Assembly: GCA_963829525.1 (NCBI GenBank)
Contig: CAWHIJ010000003.1
Coordinates: forward strand, 160,001 to 224,000
Length of the DNA: 64,000 nucleotides
Direction of reading: 5' to 3'
Origin: an uncultured Actinomycetota bacterium
GTDB taxonomy: Bacteria > Actinomycetota > Actinomycetes > JAHEKZ01
In this document: in pieces, positions 47,065 through 61,670 of the stretch
Layout of the letters: each line of letters begins with the position of its first letter
How positions within the stretch are numbered: position 1 is the stretch's first letter
Translations under genes and position numbers: made by a program
Notes under the pieces: model-generated
What the model saw: the letters and a program-made list of their open reading frames with translations, nothing else
Told to the model about the DNA's origin: nothing
Database searches by the model: none

Positions 47065-48155
47065 CGGGTGTCCCCGACCGCAAACCCAGCAAGGTACTGC
47101 GAATACTCCTCGCGCTGACGCTCCACCAGCGCATGTGGGCCGGCATAGGCGTGCACGAAAATCTCGTCAACGCCCGGATCCGGCAGCGCCCGGACACCAT
47201 CCCGCAACCGTTGCGCCAACTGCTCTGCCTGTTGGTCGAGGTCATCAAAGAACCCGTCATCAACCAGCTGCTGTTTGTGCAGGAACGAACGAAGGCGCTC
47301 AAGAGGGTCACGCAACCGCCACGCTTCGACGTCAGTATCGAGGCGGTAGCGCGTTGGGTCATCGGAGGTCGTGTGTGCCCCCATGCGGTAGGTGAAGGCC
47401 TCGATGAGTGCTGGTCCGCCGCCTTCTCGGGCCCGTTGCAACATCTGTCGACTCACCGCCAGACAGGCAAGCACGTCGTTGCCGTCAACCCGGACTCCAG
47501 GGAAACCAAACCCCCATGCTCGTTGAAAGAGCGGGATTCTCGTCTGACGTTCGAGCGGTTCAGAGATGGCCCACTGGTTGTTCTGACAGAAGAACACCAC
47601 TGGCGCGTTGAACACACTCGCCCAGATGAAGGACTCGTTGACATCGCCCTGGCTGCTGGCGCCATCGCCGAAGAAGACCATCGATGCGTTCTCAGCCGCG
47701 TCGTGCTGCAGTCCCATCGCATATCCGACAGCCTGCGGGCACTGGTCACCGATGACGATCGTGTACAGCGCGAAGCCATGGTCTTCGGGGTTCCAGCCGC
47801 CGTTGGTCGTCCCTCTGAACAGTCCGAGCAGCGAAAGCGGGTCGACGCCGCGACACCAAGCCACACCGTGCTCTCGGTACGTTGGGAACGCCATGTCACC
47901 GGCGACCAGCGCCCTGCCCGCTCCGACCTGCGCCGCTTCCTGCCCCAGCAGCTGTGCCCAGAGGCCGAGTTCACCCTGGCGTTGGAGAGCCGTCGCCTCT
48001 GCGTCAATCCGGCGAACCAGCACGAGGTCGCGGTAGAGCCCGCGCAATTCGTCATCGGTGACGTCAAGGGGGAAGTCGGCGTTCTCCACCCGCTCACCCT
48101 CCGGGGTGAGGAGCTGGACGAACGTGTCATCTGGAGCATGCGTCGGAATCGCCAT
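47061..48155 (-). CDS. 2-oxoacid (pyruvate or branched-chain) dehydrogenase E1 alpha
   Basis: GQEAAQVG, GDGA...NNQWAIS, YRMGAHTTSDDP. Confidence 0.97.
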   Translation of the reverse strand: MAIPTHAPDDTFVQLLTPEGERVENADFPLDVTDDELRGLYRDLVLVRRIDAEATALQRQGELGLWAQLLGQEAAQVGAGRALVAGDMAFPTYREHGVAWCRGVDPLSLLGLFRGTTNGGWNPEDHGFALYTIVIGDQCPQAVGYAMGLQHDAAENASMVFFGDGASSQGDVNESFIWASVFNAPVVFFCQNNQWAISEPLERQTRIPLFQRAWGFGFPGVRVDGNDVLACLAVSRQMLQRAREGGGPALIEAFTYRMGAHTTSDDPTRYRLDTDVEAWRLRDPLERLRSFLHKQQLVDDGFFDDLDQQAEQLAQRLRDGVRALPDPGVDEIFVHAYAGPHALVERQREEYSQYLAGFAVGDTR

Positions 48156-48266
48156 GCAGCGCCTCCTACCGGCCGGGAGGCAGGATCACTGCGTCGACCG
48201 CTCAAGTCACCGGGGTGTCCGGTGCCCCCATCTTCTGCCCGATGGGGCTTCGATGGAAACACCCCT

Positions 48267-48320
48267 ACGGGTAGTTCTGTCGGCACGGGTAGTTCTGTCG
48301 GCACGGGTAGTTCTGTCGGC
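48267..48320. repeat. Perfect 18-bp tandem repeat x3 (ACGGGTAGTTCTGTCGGC)
   Basis: Read directly; intergenic, upstream of E1 alpha. Confidence 0.95.
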
Positions 48321-48324
48321 GGGC

Positions 48325-49158
48325 TCAGCGGTTGTGGTGTTTGCCCTTGCCTTGCCCCTTGCCCTGCAGATGGCCCTTGTGGTTGCCGTTGCTCCCGGGC
48401 TTGTCCGGCTTCCCGGGCTTGTCCGGCTTCCCGGGCTTGTCCGGCTTCCCGGGCTTGTCCGGCTTCCCGGGCTTGTCCGGCTTCCCAGGCTTGTCCGGCT
48501 TCCCAGGCTTGTCCGGCTTCCCAGGCTTCGGGTCTTGGGGGTTGCCACCACCAGGACTGCCACCACCGACATTGTTCCCACCCCCGTTGTTACCGGAACC
48601 ATCGTTGTTCCCCCCGCCGTTGTTGGGCGGCTTGGTGGGCTTGGGCGAATCCGTCGGACGAGGCGGGTCGGTGGGGTCAGGATCGGTCGGCTCCTGGGTC
48701 GGCTGCTCAGTCGGCTCCCCAGTCGGCTCTTCCGGGGGTTGCTGCGGCGGAGGCGGCGGGTCCACACCGCCCGAAGAGGGCTCGACTCCCGGTGCCTCGG
48801 ACGCCTCAGAACCCGGCACGGCGACCACGGGGCCGCCCACACCGGGCAATGCAACGCCGGGGGTCTCCTGACCGGAGCCTGGCAGCGGTGACGGACCCCT
48901 CGACGTCGTCGGAGTCGGCGCCGGGCCATCCCCTGGGGCGGAGTCGACCTGCAGCGGATCTCCCGCGTCGGGGGTCGGTGCGATGGTGACACCGGCCTGA
49001 GGCCGCGGGGCGCTGTCGAGGGTATGGCCGGCTACGACAGCCATGGTCGTAAGACCACCGGCCACCAGCCCTCCAGCCAGCACGACGGCCACGGCGGCCC
49101 CGCCGGCCGTCTCGGCGCTGGCGGCAAACCAGGCTGAAGAGTGCCGCCATACGCTCAC
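48325..49158 (-). CDS. Membrane-anchored Pro/Gly-rich low-complexity protein with (PGKPDK)7
   Basis: Strong RBS, N-terminal hydrophobic segment, Pro-rich stalk, GNN tract, basic tail. Confidence 0.75.
   Translation of the reverse strand: MSVWRHSSAWFAASAETAGGAAVAVVLAGGLVAGGLTTMAVVAGHTLDSAPRPQAGVTIAPTPDAGDPLQVDSAPGDGPAPTPTTSRGPSPLPGSGQETPGVALPGVGGPVVAVPGSEASEAPGVEPSSGGVDPPPPPQQPPEEPTGEPTEQPTQEPTDPDPTDPPRPTDSPKPTKPPNNGGGNNDGSGNNGGGNNVGGGSPGGGNPQDPKPGKPDKPGKPDKPGKPDKPGKPDKPGKPDKPGKPDKPGKPDKPGSNGNHKGHLQGKGQGKGKHHNR
48393..48528. repeat. Coding 18-bp VNTR, about 7.5 copies
   Basis: TCCC(G/A)GGCTTGTCCGGCT units, G variant five times then A variant three times. Confidence 0.95.
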
Positions 49159-49397
49159 GGCTGACCCTCCCTCCTCACACCCCGATTCCGTAGCTCAGTT
49201 CCGGGGGTGCATCACTTCGACGACACCGATGCTCCCATGGTGCCCCCCAGCTGGTCACATCGGACTACACCGTCTGGGTGAACCGCCGTCGCGCAGCCTC
49301 TGCGCGTGCCGCCGGTGTCGACGATGGTACTGGGGCATAGCCTAAAAGGGCGGGCGATCGACACCTTCGCCCCTCCAGTTGCCAGCACAGGAGAGTC

Positions 49398-50069
49398 ATG
49401 GGCGAAGACGATCACGGCACCGAGCCGCCTACCAGGGTCTTCCTGCTCGACGACCATGAGCTGGTGCGTCGAGGCCTGTCCGATCTGCTCGGCCTTGAGG
49501 ACGACCTCGAAGTTGTCGGCGAAGCGGCTACGGCCGCCGAGGCGCTCGCCAGAATCCCCGCAGCCCGGCCGGACGTGGCAGTTCTCGACGTTCGGCTGCC
49601 GGACGGCAACGGAGTCGAGGTCTGCCGCGAGATCCGTTCCGCGATGCCCGATGTTCACTGCCTGATGCTCACTTCCTACGCCGACGACGAGGCGATGGTG
49701 GACGCGCTCTTGGCCGGGGCGGCGGGGTACGTTCTCAAAGACATCAGAGGAGCCGACCTTGTCGGGGCGGTCCGCCGCGTAGCCCGGGGAGAGTCACTCC
49801 TTGATCCAAAGGCCACCGAACGAGTTCTCCACCGGTTGCGAGGCGGAGAGCCCCACGATGAGCGCCTTGAGTCGCTCACCGGCCAGGAGCGGAGGATTCT
49901 CGACCTCATCGGCCAAGGGATGACAAACCGGCAGATCGGCGACCAGCTGCACCTCGCGGAGAAGACGGTCAAGAACTACGTATCATCGCTGCTCGCCAAA
50001 CTTGGTATGGAGCGGCGAACCCAAGCAGCCGCCTACATCGCCCGCCTGGACGAGCACGACCGCCCCTAG
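49398..50069 (+). CDS. NarL-family response regulator, DosR/DevR-like
   Basis: [54 protein letters not shown]. Confidence 0.93.
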   Translation: MGEDDHGTEPPTRVFLLDDHELVRRGLSDLLGLEDDLEVVGEAATAAEALARIPAARPDVAVLDVRLPDGNGVEVCREIRSAMPDVHCLMLTSYADDEAMVDALLAGAAGYVLKDIRGADLVGAVRRVARGESLLDPKATERVLHRLRGGEPHDERLESLTGQERRILDLIGQGMTNRQIGDQLHLAEKTVKNYVSSLLAKLGMERRTQAAAYIARLDEHDRP

Positions 50070-50091
50070 GGGGTCGTCGCCCCCGCACGGC

Positions 50092-53710
<3,619 letters not shown>

Positions 53711-53714
<4 letters not shown>

Positions 53715-55342
53715 AGTTCCCGCCCGACGGTGTCAACGACCACGGTGCGGTCAGCGGCCGAGGCCAGCGCCGGACGGTGAGCAACAAGCACCAGCGTTCG
53801 TTCTTCCGAGAGCTCGCCGATCGCCGCGACTACGGCCCGCTCCGTCGCCCCATCAAGACCCGCAGTCGGCTCATCGAGCACCGCCATCGGGGTGTCCCGA
53901 ACGAAGACCCGGGCCAGTGCGATGCGCTGACGCTGACCGACTGAGAGTCCTGCTCCTTGTTCACCGAGGACGCTGTCGATCCCTAATGGGAGGTCGGCCA
54001 CGAAGTCGGCCCCAGCACGACGAAGCGCATCGGAGACCATGGCGTCCGAGGCCGACGGCGCAACCACTCGGACGTTGTCGGCCACAGTGCCACGCACGAA
54101 GCCGGGATGCTGCGGCATCCAGGCGATCTGGTCGCGCCACCGAGCGGCGGCACTGCAATCGCCTGCACGCACCTTGCCCGACGTAGGTGTAGTGATACCC
54201 AGTAGACAGGCCACAGCGGTCGACTTTCCGCCACCGCTTGGCCCTAGCAGTGCGATCGTCTCACCGGGTGCCACCTCGAACGACGTTGCGAGGGAGTCCC
54301 GGCTACGCCCTTCATGACGAACTCGGACCGACTCAAGGATCACTGCCGTGTGTCTGAGATCTGGGGCCACACCCGGTTCGTCTGGGGCCGAGGTCTCGAG
54401 CAGCTCGAACACCTCCTCCGCGGCAGCCAACCCGGCCTGGCTGGCGTGGTAGTGCACGCCTATCTGACGCAGCGGGAGGTATGCCTCTGGAGCGAGCACA
54501 AGGACGAAGAGCGCCGCCCGCAAGGTGATGCCACCTTCGATCAACCGCAGACCCACTTCGACGGCCACGACGGCTACCGAGAGCGTTGCGAGCAGCTCGA
54601 GCGTGAAGGAGGAGAGGAAGGAGATGCGCAAGACCTTCATCGTTCGGTGTCGATATCGCTCGCTGACCTCGGCAATCGCACGCGCCTGCCCTTGCGAGCG
54701 ACCGAAGATCTTCAAAGTGAGCAAGCCGTGGAGGACGTCGAGAAAGTGGCCGCTCAGTGTCTGGAGCGCGTCCCACTGGCGGCGCTGCTCCACTTGCGTG
54801 CGCCATCCGATGAGGACCATGAAGAGTGGGATGAGCGGCACGGTGACCGCAATCACCACAGCGCTCAGCGGGTCGACGACCGCGATAGCCAGCACGACGA
54901 CCAAGGGGATGATGAGCGTGGCGACAAGCTGAGGGAGGTAGCGTGCGAAGTACTCGTCGAGCGCGTCGAGCCCGGACGTCAGCAGCACGACCAAGCGGGA
55001 ACGGCGTGCCGATACAAGCCAACCCGGGCCAAGTCGAGCTACGTGGGCAACGACTTGCTCGGCGAGCTCGGCCTTCACCCGCGCCGACGCCCGTGCCGAT
55101 GCGCTCTCTTGCGCATACGTGGCGAGCGGGCGTAGGACGATCACAAGTAGGAGCGCGAGTAGTTCAGTGGAAATATCGGAGAACTGGTCGCCTTCGACGA
55201 ACACCGCAGTAACCGTGACGGCGATCAGCGCGGCGAGAGCAATCGCCAGCGCAACCTGGACGAACGCAAGCAGCCCGAGCACGACCAACAGCCCTCGAGT
55301 CGCCCGGGCATGCCGCAGCAGGCGGGGGTCAAAGGGGCGCAT
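53711..55342 (-). CDS. cydD: CydD ABC exporter subunit
   Basis: YFARYLPQ, TMKVLRISFLSS, APEAYLPLR, Walker motifs. Confidence 0.95.
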
Positions 55343-55426
55343 GGGTGATCAGTCTGCCCGGTCCGGGCCCGTCAGGCCCGGCCGGGCAGACAGCTCACGC
55401 AGAGACAGACTCGACCGCTAGCGGGC

Positions 55427-56423
55427 TCAGGACGGAAGGTCTTCTGCGCCGATCCGGCGGCGGAACACCCAGAACGTCCACGACTGGTAGACCAGCACGA
55501 TTGGCGTCATGACAACGGCCACCCAGGTCATCACCTTCAGGGTGTACGGCGTCGAGGACGCGTTCTCGATCGTGAGGTTGAAGAGCGGGCTCGTGCTGCT
55601 CGGCATGACATTCGGGTAGAGGGTCATGAACAGGGTGAGCACGGCCAGGGCGATGGTCAGGCCCGGTGAGGATGAAGGCCCAGCCTTCGCGCTTCGTCCG
55701 GTCCATGGCCAGGGCTCCGAGCAACGACGCGGCCGCCAGGACCGACGTGATCCAGGTGCCGACCTCTCCTTGGTCGAGCAGCGTCCAGCCAAGGAAGAGC
55801 ACCGCCGCCACCGCCGTCACCAGACCAACCTTGCCGACGAGGTCATGCGCCTTGTCGCGCACTGACCCGTTCGTCTTGAGGGCAAGGAATGTGGCTCCAT
55901 GGGTGACGAACAGACCCAGCGTGACCACGCCGCCCAAGAGGGCGTACGGGTTGAGGAGGTTGAAGAACCCACCGGTGTACGTGCCCTCGGCGTTGATCGG
56001 CACCCCGCGAACGATGTTGGCGAAGGCGACGCCCCACAGGATCGCCGGGACCAGCGAGCCGATGAAGATCGCCAAGTCCCAGCGGGACCGCCATGTTGCC
56101 GAGTCCTTCTTGCCTCGGTACTCAAAGGCCACTCCACGAATGATCAGCGCCACCAGGATCAGCAACAGCGGCAGGTAGAACCCGCTGAACAGCGTGGCGT
56201 ACCACTCGGGGAAGGCCGCGAACGTCGCCCCGCCTGCGACGAGCAGCCAGACCTCGTTCCCGTCCCAGACCGGACCGATCGTGTTGATCATGACGCGGCG
56301 CTCGGTCTCGCTCTTGCCGATGACCGGCAGCAGGATGCCGACACCGAAGTCGAATCCCTCCAGGAAGAAGTAGCCGATCCAAAGAACGACGATCAGTGCG
56401 AACCAGACGTCCGTGAGTTCCAT
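55427..56423 (-). CDS. cydB: Cytochrome bd oxidase subunit II, +1 frameshift at about 55663
   Basis: LEGFDFGVG, PVWDGNEVWL; removing one G gives ILTGLTIALA...YQSWTFWVFRRR. Confidence 0.95.
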
Positions 56424-56436
56424 GTCTTCTCTCCGC

Positions 56437-57865
56437 TCAGTACGCGAACGTCAGGGGCTTGTCGTTGTCCCGATCGTCGTACGCCTGGTTGACGTCGGCA
56501 CTCGTGACCTCCGGTGGACCAATCTTGATGTACTTCATCAACAGCGCCACCTCGACAACGGCAAGCCCGCCGTAGAGGAGTGTCAGGACGAGCATCGATA
56601 TCCAGACTTCGGCAGGGCTGGTCGCGAGGGAAACGCCGTTAGCCGTGAGCTCAAGTCCGTAGACCACCCACGGTTGGCGAGCCATCTCGGTGAAGATCCA
56701 GCCAAAGCTGTTGGCGAGCAGCGGCATGAAAGATGGTGACGATTCCGATCGTCCCGACCCAGCGAGCCGTGGGATTGCGGCCACCGCGGAAGGCGAAGAG
56801 TGACGCGGCAGCTACCAGAGCAGCCAAGGCACCCCAGCCAATCATGAAGCGGAAGGACCAGTACGCGATGGGAATGTTGGGTGAGTAGTCGGCAGGGCCG
56901 AACTGCTTCTCCAGATCTGCCTGGATGTCATTGATTCCTTCGACCTCACCGCTGAACGAGTCTGTCGCAAGGAACGACGCCAGACCTGGGATCTGCACGC
57001 GGAACGTCTCCTCGGAGCCGTCGAGCGTTCCCAGACTGAAGAGAGAGAACCCAACGTTTTCGCCGGTCTCGTAGATGGCCTCGGCTGCAGCCATCTTCAT
57101 CGGCTGTTGCTCCGTCATGACCTGCGCCTGGAAGTGTCCGGTGACGGCCACTCCCACGAAAGCAATGATGACCGTCCAGGCTCCAACCTTCATCGACGGC
57201 CGCATCACCTGGGTATGACGCTGACGCACCAGGTGCCAGAGCGAAATCCCCAACATGAACGACCCTGCCGTCACAAAGGCCGCCGTGATCGTGTGCGAGA
57301 ACGTGATCAGTGCTGTCTTCTGGAAGAGGACGTCGAAGATGTTGGTGAGCTCGGCACGCCCTGTCGGGTTAAGCGGTGAGAATCCCTCGTCAACGACGTA
57401 GCCCGTCGGGTGTTGCATCCACGAGTTTGCCGCAAGGATGAAGAACGCCGAGATGTTGGTCCCGATCGCAGCTGCCCAGATGGTCGCCAGGTGCGCTTTC
57501 TTCGGCAGACGGTCCCAGCCGAAAATCCACAGGCCGAGGAACGTGGACTCCAGGAAGAAGGCGATGAGGCCCTCCATCGCCAGCGGAGCACCGAAGATGT
57601 CGCCGACGAACCGGGAGTACTCGCTCCAGTTCATGCCGAACTGGAACTCCTGAACGATCCCGGTCACCACACCCATGGCGAAGTTGATCAGGAAGAGCTT
57701 TCCCCAGAACTTGGTGGCTCGCAGGTACTCGTCCTTACCAGTCCGGTACCAGGCGGTCTGGAACCCGGCAACGAGCATCGACAATCCAAGAGTGATCGGC
57801 ACCATCAGGAAGTGATAGACGGTGGTGATCGCAAACTGCCATCGGGCAAGCTCTAACGCGTCCAC
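56437..57865 (-). CDS. cydA: Cytochrome bd oxidase subunit I, +1 frameshift at about 56730
   Basis: RWQFAITTVYH, QEFQFGMNW, QPMKMAAAE; removing one T gives IFMPLLANSFGWIFTEMARQPW. Confidence 0.95.
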
Positions 57866-57930
57866 GGGTCCCCTCGAGTCTTCGGGCGGTCGGTGCAGCC
57901 AGCATCGACCGACTAGCAGGAGGGTGTTCA

Positions 57931-57970
57931 GGGTCGAAAGTCCCGGGTGCAGGACCGGGACGTACGTCCT
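57931..57970. promoter_or_regulatory. Two DosR/DevR-type boxes upstream of cydA
   Basis: GGGTCGAAAGTCCC (57931-57944) and GGGACGTACGTCCT (57957-57970) versus GGGAC-N4-GTCCC. Confidence 0.7.
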
Positions 57971-58004
57971 GTCTCAATCCCCGTGCAATTCAGGTCTCGG
58001 GGCA

Positions 58005-58020
58005 TGTGAGAGTGGTCACA
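58005..58020. promoter_or_regulatory. CRP-family site
   Basis: Perfect TGTGA-N6-TCACA (extends to CATGTGA...TCACATG), overlapping the EamA start and 140 bp upstream of cydA. Confidence 0.65.
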
Positions 58021-58982
58021 TGACTGCACCGGCATCGACTGGGACGCGATCGGCATCTCCGCTGGCCCTGTGGAGCGCCCTGGGGATCGTCTACGTCGTC
58101 TGGGGATCGACGTACCTCGGCATTCGGGTCGTGGTGGACGTGGCTGGGCAGCCACCGCTGTTCCCCACAGGTATTCGATTCTTGACGGCCGGCTCGATCC
58201 TGGCCATGGCGGTGGCATCCCGGAAGGGGTGGCGGGCGCTCCGCGTCCCCCCGCGGGCGATCGCTGGCAGCGTCCTGCTCGGCTTCCTCTTTCTCTTCTG
58301 TGGCGTAGGCATGGTGAGCGTTGCTGAGCAGACCGTGCCCTCGGGGCTGGCTGCTCTCCTGGTGGCCGCGATGCCGCTTTGGGTGGTCCTGATGCGCACC
58401 GGACTTGGTGGCGAACGTCCGGCGAAACTCACCTGGGTAGGCACAGCAATCGGCCTGGGCGGGATCGCCGTACTCGCCCGCCCGGACACCCAGGGTGACG
58501 TTGCCCTGTGGGGCGTCCTGCTCGTGCTGTTCGCCACCGTCTGCTGGGCCTTCGGCGTCTTCATCTCACCCCGCTTGACGCTGCCCGACGACAACTTCGT
58601 TGGCGCCGTCTACGAAATGGTGGGCGGAGGAGTCGTGCTGCTGGTGGCTGGCGCGTTGGTTGGAGAGCTCGCCGACTTCTCAGTGAGCGCCGTCCCTGCC
58701 GAAGGCTGGTGGGCATTTACGTATCTCACCCTGATTGGCTCCGTCGTTGCGTTCTCTGCGTTCGTCTGGCTACTGGGTCACGCGCCTCCGTCGCTGGTCA
58801 CCACATACGCCTATGTGAACCCCGTCGTTGCGGTGTTCCTCGGGTGGCTGATCCTGTCCGAGGCGGTCACCCTGCCCGTCGTGGTGGGCGGCTCGCTCGC
58901 GGTGTTCGGTGTCTCCTTGGTGGTTCGCGGAGAACGTCCCCGACAACAGTCAGAGCCTGAGGAAGTCGCGCAGCACGGCTAG
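58020..58982 (+). CDS. EamA/DMT transporter (YedA-like)
   Basis: VYVVWGSTYLGIR, VPSGLAALL, TYAYVNPVVAV. Confidence 0.92.
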   Translation: MTAPASTGTRSASPLALWSALGIVYVVWGSTYLGIRVVVDVAGQPPLFPTGIRFLTAGSILAMAVASRKGWRALRVPPRAIAGSVLLGFLFLFCGVGMVSVAEQTVPSGLAALLVAAMPLWVVLMRTGLGGERPAKLTWVGTAIGLGGIAVLARPDTQGDVALWGVLLVLFATVCWAFGVFISPRLTLPDDNFVGAVYEMVGGGVVLLVAGALVGELADFSVSAVPAEGWWAFTYLTLIGSVVAFSAFVWLLGHAPPSLVTTYAYVNPVVAVFLGWLILSEAVTLPVVVGGSLAVFGVSLVVRGERPRQQSEPEEVAQHG

Positions 58983-60014
58983 CCAACGGTCGTTCGCAGC
59001 CGCCTCACCAACGGTGACGCGGACGCCCTCACCGGAGAACGGTCGCACCACCACACCGGCCTCGGCTGTCGCAGCGGCGAACGCATCCGCTCGGTCGGCC
59101 AGCGGTAGCCAGACGAAGTTTCCTTGCGCATCGGGGATCTCGAAATCCATGGCGCGGATTGCGCTTTGGACGCGCGAACGCTCAAGGACCAGAACGTTCA
59201 CGCGGCGTAGCAGCTCGGCCTCTCCGGCCAGTGAGGCGATCGCAGCTTGCTCGGCCATGGCAGTCACTCCGAAGGGCAGTTGAGCCTTGCGCAGCTCGCT
59301 GATCACCGTCTTCGGGCCGATCGCGTACCCAACTCGCACGCCAGCGAGGCCATACGCCTTCGAGAACGTCCGCAGCACGACGACGTTGCTGCGCGACAGG
59401 GCAAGGTCGAGAGCATCTGGTGCTGCAGAGTCTCTGACGAACTCAACATATGCCTCGTCGATGGCGACCAGGACATCCTGTGGCACGCGGTCGAGGAAAG
59501 CCTCGAGGTGATCACGTCGCACGGCTGGCCCAGTCGGGTTGTTCGGCGTGCAGACCATCACCAGCCGCGTGCGATCGGTGACGGCGTCGGCCATCGCATC
59601 GAGGTCGTGCGTGCCGTCGCTGGCGAGCGCGACACGGACGAGCGACGCCCCCGCAAGCGTTGCAAGAATGGGATAGGCCTCGAAGGACCGCCAAGGGATC
59701 ACGATCTCGTCGCCGGCGCCGGCCATTGCATTCATCACCTGGGCCAGCACCGCAACCGAACCGGTACCGACTGCGACGTGGTCCGTGTCGATCCCAAGAT
59801 GTTGCCCCAGGGCGGCGAGCAGACGACTGGAGCCGAAGTCGGGATAGCGGTTCACTGATGCTGCGGCGTCAGCGATGGCCGCTTGGACTCCCGGCAGCGG
59901 CGGGAACGGATTTTCGTTGCTCGAGAGCTTCACCGCCCCTGGCGGTGCCGAACGACCTGCCTGGTAGGCGGGAACGGCAGCCAGGTCAGCGCGGGCGCGT
60001 GGGGAGTCGGGCAC
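58950..60014 (-). CDS. pat: Histidinol-phosphate aminotransferase family, probable aromatic aminotransferase Pat
   Basis: KLSSNENP, NRYPD, PNNPTG, DEAYVEF, RTFSKAYGLAGVRVGY; lies outside a his operon. Confidence 0.85.
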   Translation of the reverse strand: MPDSPRARADLAAVPAYQAGRSAPPGAVKLSSNENPFPPLPGVQAAIADAAASVNRYPDFGSSRLLAALGQHLGIDTDHVAVGTGSVAVLAQVMNAMAGAGDEIVIPWRSFEAYPILATLAGASLVRVALASDGTHDLDAMADAVTDRTRLVMVCTPNNPTGPAVRRDHLEAFLDRVPQDVLVAIDEAYVEFVRDSAAPDALDLALSRSNVVVLRTFSKAYGLAGVRVGYAIGPKTVISELRKAQLPFGVTAMAEQAAIASLAGEAELLRRVNVLVLERSRVQSAIRAMDFEIPDAQGNFVWLPLADRADAFAAATAEAGVVVRPFSGEGVRVTVGEAAANDRWLAVLRDFLRL

Positions 60015-60040
60015 CCCCCGAACCTAGCCCGCGGCCACCG

Positions 60041-60156
60041 AACTCGTCCTGGTGACGAGCTCAGGGCGCGACCTCGTCCTGGTGACGAGCTCAGGGCACG
60101 ACCTCGTCCTGGTGACGAGCTCAGGGCACGACCTCGTCCTGGTGACGAGCTCAGGG
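60041..60156. repeat. 30-bp tandem repeat, about 3.9 copies, each with a CTCGTC-N5-GACGAG hairpin
   Basis: ACCTCGTCCTGGTGACGAGCTCAGGGCACG units with no unique spacers. Confidence 0.95.
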
Positions 60157-60223
60157 TAGGGAGGTGCAGATCATCAGCGATTACGCCGTCAATGAGCGGA
60201 GGTCGCGTCAGTACCGGATTCGG

Positions 60224-61509
60224 TCAGGGTGCGCGGGGGTGGGTGGTGAGTTGTTGGCCGGTGGGGCTGGTGACTGTGATGGGTCCGTGGGTTCCCCGTT
60301 CGGGGTTTGCCGTGTTCAGGGTCCATTTGCCTTCGTGGACGGCTCTGTGGTGGTGGCGGCACAGCAGTAGGGCGTTGGCGAGGTCGGTGGTGCCTCCTTC
60401 GTGCCAGGGGACCAGGTGGTGGGCGTCGGTGTGGGCCGGTGGCCGGTCGCAGCCGGGGAAGCGGCAGCCGCCGTCGCGGGCGGCGAGCAATCGTCGCTGC
60501 TGCGGGGAGAACAGCCGCCGGGTGCGGCCGAGGTCGACCACGACGCCGTGGTCGTCGAGGAGCAGCGCGGTCAGCTGCGCGTCGCAGCCGATCCGGGCCA
60601 CCGCCACCGGGTGCAGGAACGCCGAACCGCCGGGTGCTTGCGGGAGCCGCCCCGGCGGCAGCGTCGCTGGATCGGTGTCGCCGGGGACATCTGAAGCAGG
60701 CCTGCGCGGGTCGATGATCACGTGCAGGTGGGGGCGTTCACCCCCGATGACCGGGAGCAGCGCCTGGTCGGCGGCGGAGGCGACGATCTGGACCAGCCCG
60801 TCGGCGCGGCGTTGCGCGGCGGTGCGGGTGTCAGTCGGCGTCGGCGGGGACCAGGAACGGCTCTAGGGCGGCGGTCAACAGGGCGGCTGATTCAGCGTCG
60901 AGGAGGCCGCCCAGGGAGGTCATCCCATCCAGCAACGGAGCCAGGGTCAGATACCGGCGGTCGAACTGCTGACAGCTGTCGGCCAGAGACCCGTCGGGGT
61001 CGACCACGAACTGCAGGTGCTTGCCGGCGGTCCGCACATCGGTGACCGACCCGACCTCGGCCAGGTCGGTCAGCACGGTCACCGCCGCCGGTTGCCGGGA
61101 CTGCGGAATGTGCCGCACGCCGCGTTCGACCGCGCGTAGGTGGTCATAGGTCAACAAGCCTTCACCCACCTTGCTGACCGCGCCGCCGAGGAACCCACGG
61201 GCGGCCCGGGCGATCCGGACCCGCTCAGCGGCCTCCGCACCGCTCACCCGGCACGCACCCCGGATCCACGCCTGCGTCGACGCCGCACCATGCAGCACCT
61301 GGCCGTCACCCGCAGCGTCGAACGCCGCCACCGCCGCCAGGTTCGCCACCGCGACCGCATCAGCCAGCTGCTGCAACCCCACCACCCAGCCCGCACGGGT
61401 CTGAGCGTCAGCGCACCGCCAAAGCCTGCCGGGCATCGGCACCGGACCAAGCCCGCACCTGACCAAGCACCGCAACCAACGGCTCCGGCAACACCTCAGG
61501 GGTAAACAT
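60224..61509 (-). CDS. DUF222/HNH endonuclease (13E12-repeat-like), two +1 frameshifts (about 61412 and 60833)
   Basis: RTAAQRRADGL, DLGRTRRLF, RDGGCRFPGC, AHHLVPWHEGGTTDLANALLLCRHHH; start uncertain. Confidence 0.85.
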
Positions 61510-61629
61510 CGACCAGCGACCTTCCGACGACAACCAGGACCAGGATCAGCAGCGGCCATCACCTGAAATCATCCGACCCCGTAAACCCAGGGGCCCACCA
61601 CGTCGTCTCATCACCAGCTACCAACACCC

Positions 61630-61652
61630 ACGCTAAACCAAGCCACTGACAA
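61630..61652 (-). promoter_or_regulatory. PafBC-type (RecA-independent DNA-damage) promoter
   Basis: Minus strand TTGTCAGTG-N8-TAGCGT equals tTGTCRgtg-N8-TAnnnT. Confidence 0.75.
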
Positions 61653-61670
61653 CGCCCCTAGGCTGCTGAC

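Noticed and set aside
47133-48989. 618-aa plus-strand ORF with CPASRA repeats
   Set aside because: Antisense to E1 alpha and the Pro-rich gene; the Cys repeats are just the reverse frame of the PGKPDK VNTR
57866-58019. Rex operator upstream of cydA
   Set aside because: The TGTGA..TCACA site has 6-bp CRP spacing, not the TGTGAA-N6-TTCACA Rex arrangement
60041-60156. CRISPR or other guide-RNA array
   Set aside because: Units are contiguous and essentially identical with no unique spacers, and no cas genes are present
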